A stretch of 64,000 bases of DNA from a virus. The stretch is taken from the IMG/VR virus record IMGVR_UViG_3300025133_000036, positions 68,166 through 132,165 of that record, one strand, 5' to 3'. The notes beneath the pieces are model-generated. The model was not told where the DNA came from. It did no database searches and was given only the letters and a program-made list of their open reading frames with translations. This document shows positions 30,980-39,376 of the stretch, in pieces. Position 1 is the first letter of the stretch; each line of letters starts with the position of its first letter. The position numbers and the translations under genes are program-made.

Positions 30980-31835
30980 AAATTCAACTAAAATAGAAAT
31001 AATAGACGATAAAAAAGTTATGGTCAAAACAATGTCTACAAAACTTTATAATCCGGCAATTTATGATTGGCAAAATGAAGTACATGACCATTTTTTAGAT
31101 AATACTGGTTTTTACATCAATAAAGTTTTAGGTCACAGTAATGGAGTTTTGCATTTAGACTATATTGATTATAAGTCAAAACCTACTACAAATAAAGATT
31201 TACAGTTATTTGGTAAGTCAATGGCTAAATTACACAATTCTGGAAGAGACTGGAATTTTTCATGGACAATGGCGCGAAATGGTGATGCTGGATGGATAAA
31301 AACCAGTCTTCCATATAAAGATGAAACATATAGCACCATGGCGTCGTGGAATAATATACGTAGAAATGATTGGCTATTTTTAAAATCAAAAGGTATACGC
31401 AAAGAAATATTCGAAACATTAAAAACATTAGATAAATTACCTGATCAGCCGAAATCTAAACTCCATAGAGATTTTAGATTACATAATATTTTGTATGACG
31501 AACGCGGTTACCATTTAATAGATTTTGATTTTGCTTCAATTGATTTTATATCATTAGAAGTAATGGGGTTATTTACGGACTTATATGAGCTTGTTCCTGA
31601 AATGGCACGACAATTTTTGATTGGTTATCATAGTGAGTCAAAAGATTGGGAATGGTCAAGTGGAATGGTTGATTTATTTTTGTGCTATCTTTGTACAAAT
31701 ACATTTCCATTTTCAATGTCAAGTCATATGGATAAAAATGAAGTAGAAGCTTTAGCCGATGAACGAAATGCAAGACTAAGAATTATTTATGAAAATAAAG
31801 AAAACATATTAAAAATGATTGAGGAAATAAAATGA
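30972..31835 (+). CDS. aminoglycoside phosphotransferase / choline kinase-like small-molecule kinase
   Basis: MAKLH, Brenner motif HRDFRLHNIL, IDFD; start taken at ATG 30972 (GGAG RBS, overlaps upstream stop). Confidence 0.82.
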   Translation: MPRNSTKIEIIDDKKVMVKTMSTKLYNPAIYDWQNEVHDHFLDNTGFYINKVLGHSNGVLHLDYIDYKSKPTTNKDLQLFGKSMAKLHNSGRDWNFSWTMARNGDAGWIKTSLPYKDETYSTMASWNNIRRNDWLFLKSKGIRKEIFETLKTLDKLPDQPKSKLHRDFRLHNILYDERGYHLIDFDFASIDFISLEVMGLFTDLYELVPEMARQFLIGYHSESKDWEWSSGMVDLFLCYLCTNTFPFSMSSHMDKNEVEALADERNARLRIIYENKENILKMIEEIK

Positions 31836-32275
31836 AAATAAGTAAAATACGAGACGTTAAAACGCCAGTACGAGCAAATGGTAATGATGCCGGCATAGAT
31901 TTTTTTATACCAAACAAATGGAATATCGGCAATGAATATCATCTATCACCAGGCCAACAAGCACTAATACCTTCAGGTGTCAAAGTAAATGTTCCAGAAG
32001 GTTATGCATTAATTGCGTTTAATAAATCAGGCATTGCCACTAAAAAACAATTGATTGCTGGCGCTGCAGTAGTAGATGAAGGTTATCAAGGGGAGCTTCA
32101 TATACACGTAATCAATGCTGGTTCAACTGTTCAGACATTGATCGCCGGCGACAAAATAATGCAATTTATTTTAGTACCTATGTTTTATGATTCAATTGAA
32201 GAAGTAGATGCATCAGTATTATTTGAAGATAATTCAACTAGGGGTGCTGGCGGATTTGGTTCAACCGGTGAATAA
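31832..32275 (+). CDS. dut: trimeric dUTPase
   Basis: AGIDF, KSG, VVDEGYQGEL, GDKIMQ, RGAGGFGSTG. Confidence 0.93.
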   Translation: MKISKIRDVKTPVRANGNDAGIDFFIPNKWNIGNEYHLSPGQQALIPSGVKVNVPEGYALIAFNKSGIATKKQLIAGAAVVDEGYQGELHIHVINAGSTVQTLIAGDKIMQFILVPMFYDSIEEVDASVLFEDNSTRGAGGFGSTGE

Positions 32276-32290
32276 TTGACCTATTTCAAT

Positions 32291-32363
32291 GGGGCTGTAG
32301 CTCAGTTGGGAGAGCGCCGCACTTGCACTGCGGAGGTCGCAGGTTCGATCCCTGTCAGCTCCA
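32291..32363 (+). tRNA. tRNA-Ala(TGC)
   Basis: GGGGCTG/CAGCTCC acceptor with G3:U70, anticodon arm CCGCA-CTTGCAC-TGCGG, GGTTCGATCCC T-arm; no encoded CCA. Confidence 0.95.
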
Positions 32364-32368
32364 CAAAT

Positions 32369-32439
32369 GTAGAGGTGTCCGAATGGCTAGGTAACGGATT
32401 GCAACCCCGTGTATGTGAGTTCGAATCTCATCCTCTACT
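32369..32439 (+). tRNA. tRNA-Cys(GCA)
   Basis: GTAGAGG/CCTCTAC acceptor, U73 discriminator, anticodon loop TTGCAAC, GAGTTCGAATCTC T-arm. Confidence 0.88.
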
Positions 32440-32460
32440 CAAAATAAAACAAAAAAGTAC

Positions 32461-32490
32461 TTTGGTTTTACGTAAAAAAGTATTAGGTTA
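32461..32490 (+). promoter_or_regulatory. putative promoter TTTGGN-N17-TAGGTTA upstream of polB
   Basis: Same bipartite motif and 17-nt spacer at 52275, 59368 and 60788. Confidence 0.6.
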
Positions 32491-32514
32491 TACCAACAAT
32501 AATAAAGGATTTAT

Positions 32515-34965
32515 ATGTCATTTGAACTAACCCGCATTGCTTCTAAGTTCAATAAAGGTCAATTTAAAATGTTTTTAACAGGCTATGAAGATGGAAAGCG
32601 TGTAACAAAGTATGATATGTTTCAAGATTATTTCTATTATGATACTGAACATATTTCTGACGTTGAAAGCAAGCCCGGGTTTACAGTTGATAAGACTTCT
32701 GAAATAAAAACCATTGACGATAAAAAGGGCTATAAAGTAAATTATACATCAATCGTCAATAAGAAAAGATTTATCAGAAAACATACGGACAGATCATATA
32801 TTGCCGATGTATCACCTGAATTCAAATATATTCAAGATAAGAATCTGAAATGGTCACATAAACGTAACATATGTTTTTTTGATATTGAAACGTGGTATGA
32901 TCCTGATAATCCAAGAGCAAACAAACCTGATAATGCCCAAATGCCTATTACATCAATGGTTGCATATGCAGTTGATACTGAAAAATATTTTGTATTTTCT
33001 TGGCATCCTGAACATACTAAAAATGATGAAAAACCTAGACGTGAAGATAAAGATAATGTTGCATTCATCTATCTAAAAGACGAAGAAACCATGATCGAAG
33101 CGTTTCTTTATTATGTTAAGAAAAACAATGTAGATGTTCTCACAGGATGGTATTCATCGCAATTTGATTTACCATACATTATAAACCGGTGCAAAAACTT
33201 AGATATTGATTATTCCAAGCTTTCTCCAGTTGGTTACATTAAAATGTATAAAAAACAAGATTATTTTAAATTAACAGTCAATGGTCTTGACTGTATTGAT
33301 CTTATGGATTCTATGCAAGACCTTGGATTTAAACTCACAAATTGGAAACTTGATACAGCTGCGAAAGAAGTTGTTGGAACAGTAGAAAAAATGACAGAGT
33401 TTACATGGAAAGACTGGCTTGAAAATTATGAAGGGTTTTTAGAATATAATATACAAGACGTAAAAATACTTCTTGAAATAGAAAAGAAATTAAATATTTT
33501 TTCTTTGTATTGTATTATTCAAGAGATTGCGGGTCTTGAAGCTTTTAAGTTTATATTCTTTAAATCGATGCTAGTTGACTATTACATTCTTAAAGCCTTT
33601 AACGGCAAAATGCTTTTTCCAACACAACAAGTAAAACAGCGACAATCATTTGCAGGCGCCATTGTATTAGATCCACAAGAGCCGGGAGGCCATGAAGATG
33701 TTGCAACATTAGATTATACATCTCTATATCCAACAAGCATAATGGCATTTAATATTAGCCCTGAAACTTTTATTTGCAGTGAAGAAAATGCCATAGAAGA
33801 AACCGGAATGACAATCGATCAAATCGCCAGCGAGTTAAAAACTAGGAAGATTGATTTCATAGATACTGGTCATGATGCAACCTTATTCGGCAAACGCTAT
33901 CTGTTTTTTGGTCACTCTCACAGACTGGGTATTATGCCCTTTCTGTTGAAAACGTTATTCTTAATGCGTAAAGATATTAATGCAAAGTTAGACGCTGGTG
34001 AAATACCTGAAAAAGATAGAGTTGCAAACGAACGCAAACAGCGAGCTATTAAATTAATTCTTAATTCCGCATATGGGGCTATGGGTTTTAATTATTTTAG
34101 AATGTATAAGCCTGAATGCGCTGATGCAACAACGTATTTCGGTAGACAAGCGTTATTGTACGCTGTTGATACAATGAAAAATGAGTATGACATGCCAGTT
34201 TTATATGGCGATACTGATTCAACTTTTGTAAAACAAAATGGCAAATCTATTAATCAAATTGTAGATTTACTTGAAGGTGATTTTACAGATAAACTTAGAA
34301 ATGTATTTGTTCCAAAGTACTCAACAACAGTTAATGACGATTACTTTTATCTTGATCTTAAATTTGAAAAAGATCTTGAACATGTATATTTTGGTAATGC
34401 TAAAAAACGTTATTATGGTATTGAACGAACCTCCGGTAAGCGGTACATCCGTGGCCTAAACATTATTCGTAAAGACGCTCCAACATATTGTAAAAAGATA
34501 CTCGACACCCTTGCAGAAAAAGCTGTAAGAGGCAAGTTAACAGCGGATGATCTTATACGTATACGTAAAGAGATTGCTCAAGTACCGTTAAGTCAAATTG
34601 GTATTGTCAAAAGTTTTAGTAAACGATTTGAAGAGTATATTAAAAGTAAACCTCAACATCTTACAGCGTGCCAATGGGCTAATGAAATATTTGACATCAG
34701 CATCAATAATATGGACAAGCCATTACTGTTTTATGCTACAGCGCTACAAGAAGATCACTTAAAACCTAAAAAACGTCATCGTGCAATATGTGTACTTGAC
34801 GATCAATTAGATCTTTTAAAGAAAGAAAATGAATTTTTCAAACTCGATTATGATACATTTTTTAAAAAGCAAATTTACGAACAACTAGAAGAATTTAGTC
34901 AAATACCCTATATTGAAACTATTTTAAAGGAATATGATGAAACGGCGAAGACTATTAACTTTTAA
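32515..34965 (+). CDS. family B DNA polymerase
   Basis: Exo motifs FDIET, FDLPYI, YNIQD; pol motifs LDYTSLYPT, KLILNSAYG, YGDTDS, KKRY. Confidence 0.96.
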   Translation: MSFELTRIASKFNKGQFKMFLTGYEDGKRVTKYDMFQDYFYYDTEHISDVESKPGFTVDKTSEIKTIDDKKGYKVNYTSIVNKKRFIRKHTDRSYIADVSPEFKYIQDKNLKWSHKRNICFFDIETWYDPDNPRANKPDNAQMPITSMVAYAVDTEKYFVFSWHPEHTKNDEKPRREDKDNVAFIYLKDEETMIEAFLYYVKKNNVDVLTGWYSSQFDLPYIINRCKNLDIDYSKLSPVGYIKMYKKQDYFKLTVNGLDCIDLMDSMQDLGFKLTNWKLDTAAKEVVGTVEKMTEFTWKDWLENYEGFLEYNIQDVKILLEIEKKLNIFSLYCIIQEIAGLEAFKFIFFKSMLVDYYILKAFNGKMLFPTQQVKQRQSFAGAIVLDPQEPGGHEDVATLDYTSLYPTSIMAFNISPETFICSEENAIEETGMTIDQIASELKTRKIDFIDTGHDATLFGKRYLFFGHSHRLGIMPFLLKTLFLMRKDINAKLDAGEIPEKDRVANERKQRAIKLILNSAYGAMGFNYFRMYKPECADATTYFGRQALLYAVDTMKNEYDMPVLYGDTDSTFVKQNGKSINQIVDLLEGDFTDKLRNVFVPKYSTTVNDDYFYLDLKFEKDLEHVYFGNAKKRYYGIERTSGKRYIRGLNIIRKDAPTYCKKILDTLAEKAVRGKLTADDLIRIRKEIAQVPLSQIGIVKSFSKRFEEYIKSKPQHLTACQWANEIFDISINNMDKPLLFYATALQEDHLKPKKRHRAICVLDDQLDLLKKENEFFKLDYDTFFKKQIYEQLEEFSQIPYIETILKEYDETAKTINF

Positions 34966-35410
34966 ACGAATATTAAAAGCCCTTGAGTACTCATCGACAT
35001 GTGCAAAAATAAAAGTTGCGGCAATTGTTGTTAAAGAAGGAAGAGTTATATCGACCGGCTGGAACGGTTCTCCATCTGCAATGCCACATTGTGAAGATGT
35101 TTTTAAAGGTAAAGATCTCGGTCGGCCAGGCGATAAAACGAAATTATCAAACGAACACCATGATTTCGCAGTACACAATGAAATACACGCCGAAATGAAT
35201 GCAATATCGTTTGCTGCAAGATATGGAACATCAACTGATGGTGCAACATTGATTTGTTCATGGTCACCATGCCTTGAATGTGCAAAGATAGTTGTAGGTT
35301 CTGGAATTAAAGAAGTATATTATACTAATTTGTATGGGCGTCAACCTGAAGGAATAGACTTTTTAGAAAAATGCGGAATTAAGACGCAATATATAGGAAA
35401 GAAACAATAA
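34934..35410 (+). CDS. dCMP deaminase
   Basis: TGWNG, HAEMNAI, SPCLEC zinc motifs. Confidence 0.93.
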   Translation: MMKRRRLLTFKRILKALEYSSTCAKIKVAAIVVKEGRVISTGWNGSPSAMPHCEDVFKGKDLGRPGDKTKLSNEHHDFAVHNEIHAEMNAISFAARYGTSTDGATLICSWSPCLECAKIVVGSGIKEVYYTNLYGRQPEGIDFLEKCGIKTQYIGKKQ

Positions 35411-35430
35411 ATTTAATTAAGGAGAATAAG

Positions 35431-35808
35431 ATGAAAACTATAAAAGATACATCACATTCATTACCAAAATCGCCCGCTGAATCTATTTTAGATAATGCTT
35501 ATCCACAAATGATAGCAGAATTTAAAAAGGTTCAACAAGAACAATTTGATCTCTTCTGTAAAAAACAACACGATTACGGTCCAGGAAACATTTCTGTAGG
35601 CACTCAACTTCAAACCGAAGATGAAATAAAGCTTTCACTAACCGGACTTTGGTTCAGGATTAATGACAAATGCCAGAGATTAAAGAATCTTTTAATGAGC
35701 GGTAGACAACCTGCTGTAACTGACGAACCAATGGAAGACGCGTATCTTGATATATCGAATTATGGTATCATGGCGACAATTGTTGCTAGAGGAAAATGGG
35801 GTAAATAA
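35431..35808 (+). CDS. nucleotide modification-associated domain 1 (Nmad1/DUF1599-like) protein
   Basis: KKQHDYGPGNI..RINDKCQRL..EDAYLDISNYGI pattern. Confidence 0.75.
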   Translation: MKTIKDTSHSLPKSPAESILDNAYPQMIAEFKKVQQEQFDLFCKKQHDYGPGNISVGTQLQTEDEIKLSLTGLWFRINDKCQRLKNLLMSGRQPAVTDEPMEDAYLDISNYGIMATIVARGKWGK

Positions 35809-35891
35809 TGGTAATGTTTACTATGGTATTTATTGGTAGTTTAATAATGTGGTTTTTAATAGAACAAGAATCAAAGAGGCGAAGAAAATGA
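35808..35891 (+). CDS. 27-aa hydrophobic peptide
   Basis: MVMFTMVFIGSLIMWFLIEQESKRRRK; coupled at both ends (TAATG and ATGA). Confidence 0.5.
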   Translation: MVMFTMVFIGSLIMWFLIEQESKRRRK

Positions 35892-36931
35892 AAACATATT
35901 TAGAATATATTTGGATTGACGGTACTATTCCAACAAGTAAATTAAGAGCTAAAACAAAAATTTTGAGTGAGCCTATTAAAGATATTCAAGATATTCCTAT
36001 TTGGGGTTTTGATGGTAGCTCAACAAATCAAGCGTCCGGTGATAGTTCCGATTGTGTTCTTAAACCTGTAAAAATGGTTAAAGATCCATTTAGAATTTGT
36101 GGTGAAGATGAACAAGCTTTACTAGTATTGTGTGAAGTATACGATGTACCAAAGACGGCTTTTGGAATCGACGAAGTTGCACACACAACAAATACCAGAA
36201 TGGAGTTATTAATGACGATGATGCAATATAATACGACTTCAGCGTGGGTAGGGTTCGAACAAGAATATACATTGTTTAAAGATGGACGCCCATTAGGCTG
36301 GCCTGAAAAAGGCTATCCACCTCCACAGGGTCCATTTTATTGTGGAATAGGTGCAGATGAGGTTTACGGTCGTGATATTGTTGAGGAACATTTATTTGCA
36401 TGTCACTACGCAGATTTAGCAGTTTGCGGTGTTAATGCAGAAGTAATGCCTGGTCAATGGGAATATCAAGTTGGTGCTGGAGATTTATTGGTAATGTGTG
36501 ATGATTTATGGTTGTCTCGTTATATCCTGTATCGTATAGCGGAAAAACATGACGTTGTAGTTACACTTCATCCAAAGCCCGTAGCAGGAGATTGGAATGG
36601 TGCGGGAATGCATACAAATTTTTCAACTGCTCAAATGAGAGAACCTGGCGGTTATACCAAAGAAATTATACCAGCAATGGATAAGTTGAAAAATAACGTG
36701 GATCATTGTATTGCTGCGTATGGACAAGACAACGACTTAAGACTTACAGGCCTTCATGAAACGTGTGACATTAATACTTTCAAGTGGGGAGTATCAGACA
36801 GAGGAGCATCAATTAGAATTCCTTGGCAAGTTGTTAAAGACGGTAGAGGATATTTCGAAGATAGAAGACCATCCGCTAATGCAGATCCTTATTTAGTTGC
36901 ATCTGTAATATTAGATACAGTATCTGAATAA
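35888..36931 (+). CDS. glnII: glutamine synthetase type II
   Basis: LEYIWIDG, WGFDGSST, GFEQEY, NAEVMPGQWEYQ, HPKP..DWNGAGMHTN, RLTGLHET, DRGASIRIP, EDRRP. Confidence 0.95.
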   Translation: MKTYLEYIWIDGTIPTSKLRAKTKILSEPIKDIQDIPIWGFDGSSTNQASGDSSDCVLKPVKMVKDPFRICGEDEQALLVLCEVYDVPKTAFGIDEVAHTTNTRMELLMTMMQYNTTSAWVGFEQEYTLFKDGRPLGWPEKGYPPPQGPFYCGIGADEVYGRDIVEEHLFACHYADLAVCGVNAEVMPGQWEYQVGAGDLLVMCDDLWLSRYILYRIAEKHDVVVTLHPKPVAGDWNGAGMHTNFSTAQMREPGGYTKEIIPAMDKLKNNVDHCIAAYGQDNDLRLTGLHETCDINTFKWGVSDRGASIRIPWQVVKDGRGYFEDRRPSANADPYLVASVILDTVSE

Positions 36932-37299
36932 TGTACGGTTACAATGGATTTGAAAAAGCTGCAATGAGAATAATGGTCTTGATTGTTCTTGGATGTGTAC
37001 TGTTGCTTTATTTGCAATTGATATCATGTACAAATTCACCTAACGGTGCAATTAATTTAAGTCCAAAGAATCCTAAAGGTCCGCAGGGTTATGAGCTTAA
37101 GGGTTTCCATGGTCAAATGCATAGATATAAAGAAGACATCAGTGCTATTCCATTATCTGATTTTCCAAGTGTTAACAGATATTTAACGCAGTTTTGTTTA
37201 AACCATCATAGTACAGAATGTATATCATTAAGAATTACAAATATTAATAATGAAAAGAAAACAAATTACATAATGAATGATTGTAGAGGTCGTAAGTAA
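36931..37299 (+). CDS. hypothetical membrane-anchored or lipoprotein
   Basis: Hydrophobic N-terminus ending LISC; coupled ORF. Confidence 0.55.
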   Translation: MYGYNGFEKAAMRIMVLIVLGCVLLLYLQLISCTNSPNGAINLSPKNPKGPQGYELKGFHGQMHRYKEDISAIPLSDFPSVNRYLTQFCLNHHSTECISLRITNINNEKKTNYIMNDCRGRK

Positions 37300-38164
37300 T
37301 ATGCAAAAAATAAGTTGGTCACAATATTCGGCATGGAAATCATGTCCTCAAAAATGGAAGCTTCGCTACATCGATAAACAGAAAATCTATACGGATTCTA
37401 TATACACTGTTTATGGTAAAGCTTTCCATGAAGTATTACAAACGTACCTTACTGTAATGTATTCAGAGTCAATAAAGGCTGCAGACGAATTAGATTTGGG
37501 TAATATGCTCGTTGAATCGCTTAGAAAGATTTACTCAGAAGCTGTAGCATCAATGGGAGGCTCTCATTTTTCAAAAAAATCTGAACTTATAGAGTTTTGC
37601 ATCCAGGGCGCAAAGGCTTTAGATTGGTTTAAAAAGAAACGGGCTCATTATTTTACAAAAAATGGTTGGGAACTTTTAGGTATTGAAGTACCATTGGAAG
37701 ACGAATACAACGGTGTAAAAGTTTTAGGGTATATTGATATTCTTATGAAAAATATAGATACCGGCCGAATAAGGGTTATAGACATTAAGACTTCAACCCG
37801 AGGATGGAAAAAAGAAAAAAAAGATCCAATGAAACGCGGCCAATTATTATTTTATAAAAAATTTATTGCGGACAAATATGAGTGTGATCTTAGCATGGTA
37901 GATGTTGAATTTCTTATCTTTAAACGTTTACTTTGGGAAAATTCGGATTTTCCACAAAAATGGGTACAATCATTTGAACCACCGTCTGCAAATGTGTCTA
38001 TTAACAGAACTTTTAAAGAGATTGACATATTTATTAGTGAATGTTTCAATCCAGATGGAAGTTATAATACTGAAGCACAATATGAACAATTAGGCATAGA
38101 GAGTGGATGCAAATGGTGTGAATTTAAAGACAAACCACTTTTGTGTGATAGGAGCGGCAGATGA
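37277..38164 (+). CDS. Cas4-like / RecB-family PD-(D/E)XK exonuclease
   Basis: SWSQY..CP, GKAFHE, GYIDIL, IDIKTS, QLLFY, C-terminal CKWCEF..C Fe-S ligands. Confidence 0.88.
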   Translation: MIVEVVSNMQKISWSQYSAWKSCPQKWKLRYIDKQKIYTDSIYTVYGKAFHEVLQTYLTVMYSESIKAADELDLGNMLVESLRKIYSEAVASMGGSHFSKKSELIEFCIQGAKALDWFKKKRAHYFTKNGWELLGIEVPLEDEYNGVKVLGYIDILMKNIDTGRIRVIDIKTSTRGWKKEKKDPMKRGQLLFYKKFIADKYECDLSMVDVEFLIFKRLLWENSDFPQKWVQSFEPPSANVSINRTFKEIDIFISECFNPDGSYNTEAQYEQLGIESGCKWCEFKDKPLLCDRSGR

Positions 38165-38595
38165 TACCAGAAGTAAAGATTAGAGGATTAGATTTTATTA
38201 GTACTGAATATGAGGAAGCTGTATGGTCTTATATTTCTAATATTCAACATGATATAAGAGGCGAGTTTATTATCACATTTCACGGCGAATCAAGTGATGA
38301 AATAAAGATTATTTCTGCTTCAGCTATCAAGCATGCAAATTCATTAAGAATACGAACAAACATAGTATTGTCTAGATTATGTCGTAAATTTGTATTTTTA
38401 GATATAACGTCAAACGATACTATAGACAATAGTTCTGAGTTTAGATTTCAAATACGAAAGGAAGCTCCAGTAAATATTATACACGGCTTGCGCTTTATAA
38501 AAGATCACATGAACCATATTGCAACTCCAATACATCATTCTAATGAAAAGCGGCAAAAAAGAAATGACTCATCCGAATTTAATTACAATAAATAA
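38161..38595 (+). CDS. hypothetical protein
   Basis: Coupled ORF (ATGA), 144 aa. Confidence 0.6.
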   Translation: MIPEVKIRGLDFISTEYEEAVWSYISNIQHDIRGEFIITFHGESSDEIKIISASAIKHANSLRIRTNIVLSRLCRKFVFLDITSNDTIDNSSEFRFQIRKEAPVNIIHGLRFIKDHMNHIATPIHHSNEKRQKRNDSSEFNYNK

Positions 38596-39088
38596 CAGTA
38601 TACAAAAAGTCATATCTTTCATTGTAGAGGATTTAGAGATGGGAAATGAAGGATTGTACGATATACAATTATGCGGTAGTTATGTGAATGGCTTTGTAGA
38701 TGATAAGAGCGATATAGATATTGTATTTATAGTAGAAGACGTGGATAAATGGAGGCAGAAAATATCCTCTAGACTCAAAAGAAAGATTAAATCTGAGGAT
38801 AATGTGGACATTTTAATGGTCTCAAAAAACCGTTATTTAAAAGTTAAACATCTGTTACGGAATTATTCATTAACTAAAAATAAGTTTTTATACAATGAAG
38901 AACATGAATATATGCCGACTATTTTTCCTGGACCTAGAATACGGTCAAGTACAGCTGACTATACGCTAAAAATAAAACGTAGCAAAATAAAAAGATTAAA
39001 ACAAGCATACAAGGATGACAAAATATTTTTTCCGACAAAACAACTTGAACAAGAGTGGCTAGAATTGTTAGATAAAACAACCAAGTAA
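38564..39088 (+). CDS. minimal nucleotidyltransferase (Pol-beta superfamily)
   Basis: LCGSYVNG..KSDIDIVF..VDIL signature. Confidence 0.8.
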   Translation: MTHPNLITINNSIQKVISFIVEDLEMGNEGLYDIQLCGSYVNGFVDDKSDIDIVFIVEDVDKWRQKISSRLKRKIKSEDNVDILMVSKNRYLKVKHLLRNYSLTKNKFLYNEEHEYMPTIFPGPRIRSSTADYTLKIKRSKIKRLKQAYKDDKIFFPTKQLEQEWLELLDKTTK

Positions 39089-39158
39089 CATTGAATTTCA
39101 GAAAAAGTAGTTTTTTGCTAAAGTTTTTCATATATATTAATAATAAATATGAGACGTT

Positions 39159-39356
39159 ATGATGATAAAATCACTATGGAAACTTACATCAATCAAATTA
39201 TTATCTGAGCTTTATGCCGAATTTAAAACTAATTCGGACATAACACTACAAAAACTTGTTAACAGAGCAATGTTTTTATATTTGAATGATGAATCCTTTG
39301 CAGAAAAAATCAGAAACACAAAAGATTTAAAAGAAAACTTTAAAACTGGTTATTAA
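39159..39356 (+). CDS. small hypothetical protein (ribbon-helix-helix-like)
   Basis: KLTSIKL..LYAEFK..TLQKLVNRAMFLYL; start uncertain. Confidence 0.6.
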   Translation: MMIKSLWKLTSIKLLSELYAEFKTNSDITLQKLVNRAMFLYLNDESFAEKIRNTKDLKENFKTGY

Positions 39357-39376
39357 TAATAATTTAAGGAGGTTAT

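Noticed and set aside
32276-32530. 84-aa ORF
   Set aside because: It is a translation of the tRNA-Ala and tRNA-Cys genes.
24703-34965. Inteins or introns in nrdJ and polB
   Set aside because: Lengths are typical, motifs are contiguous, and no intein termini or homing endonuclease motifs were seen.
37277-38164. CRISPR-Cas system suggested by the Cas4-like gene
   Set aside because: No repeat-spacer array or other cas genes seen; solo Cas4-like nucleases are common in phages.
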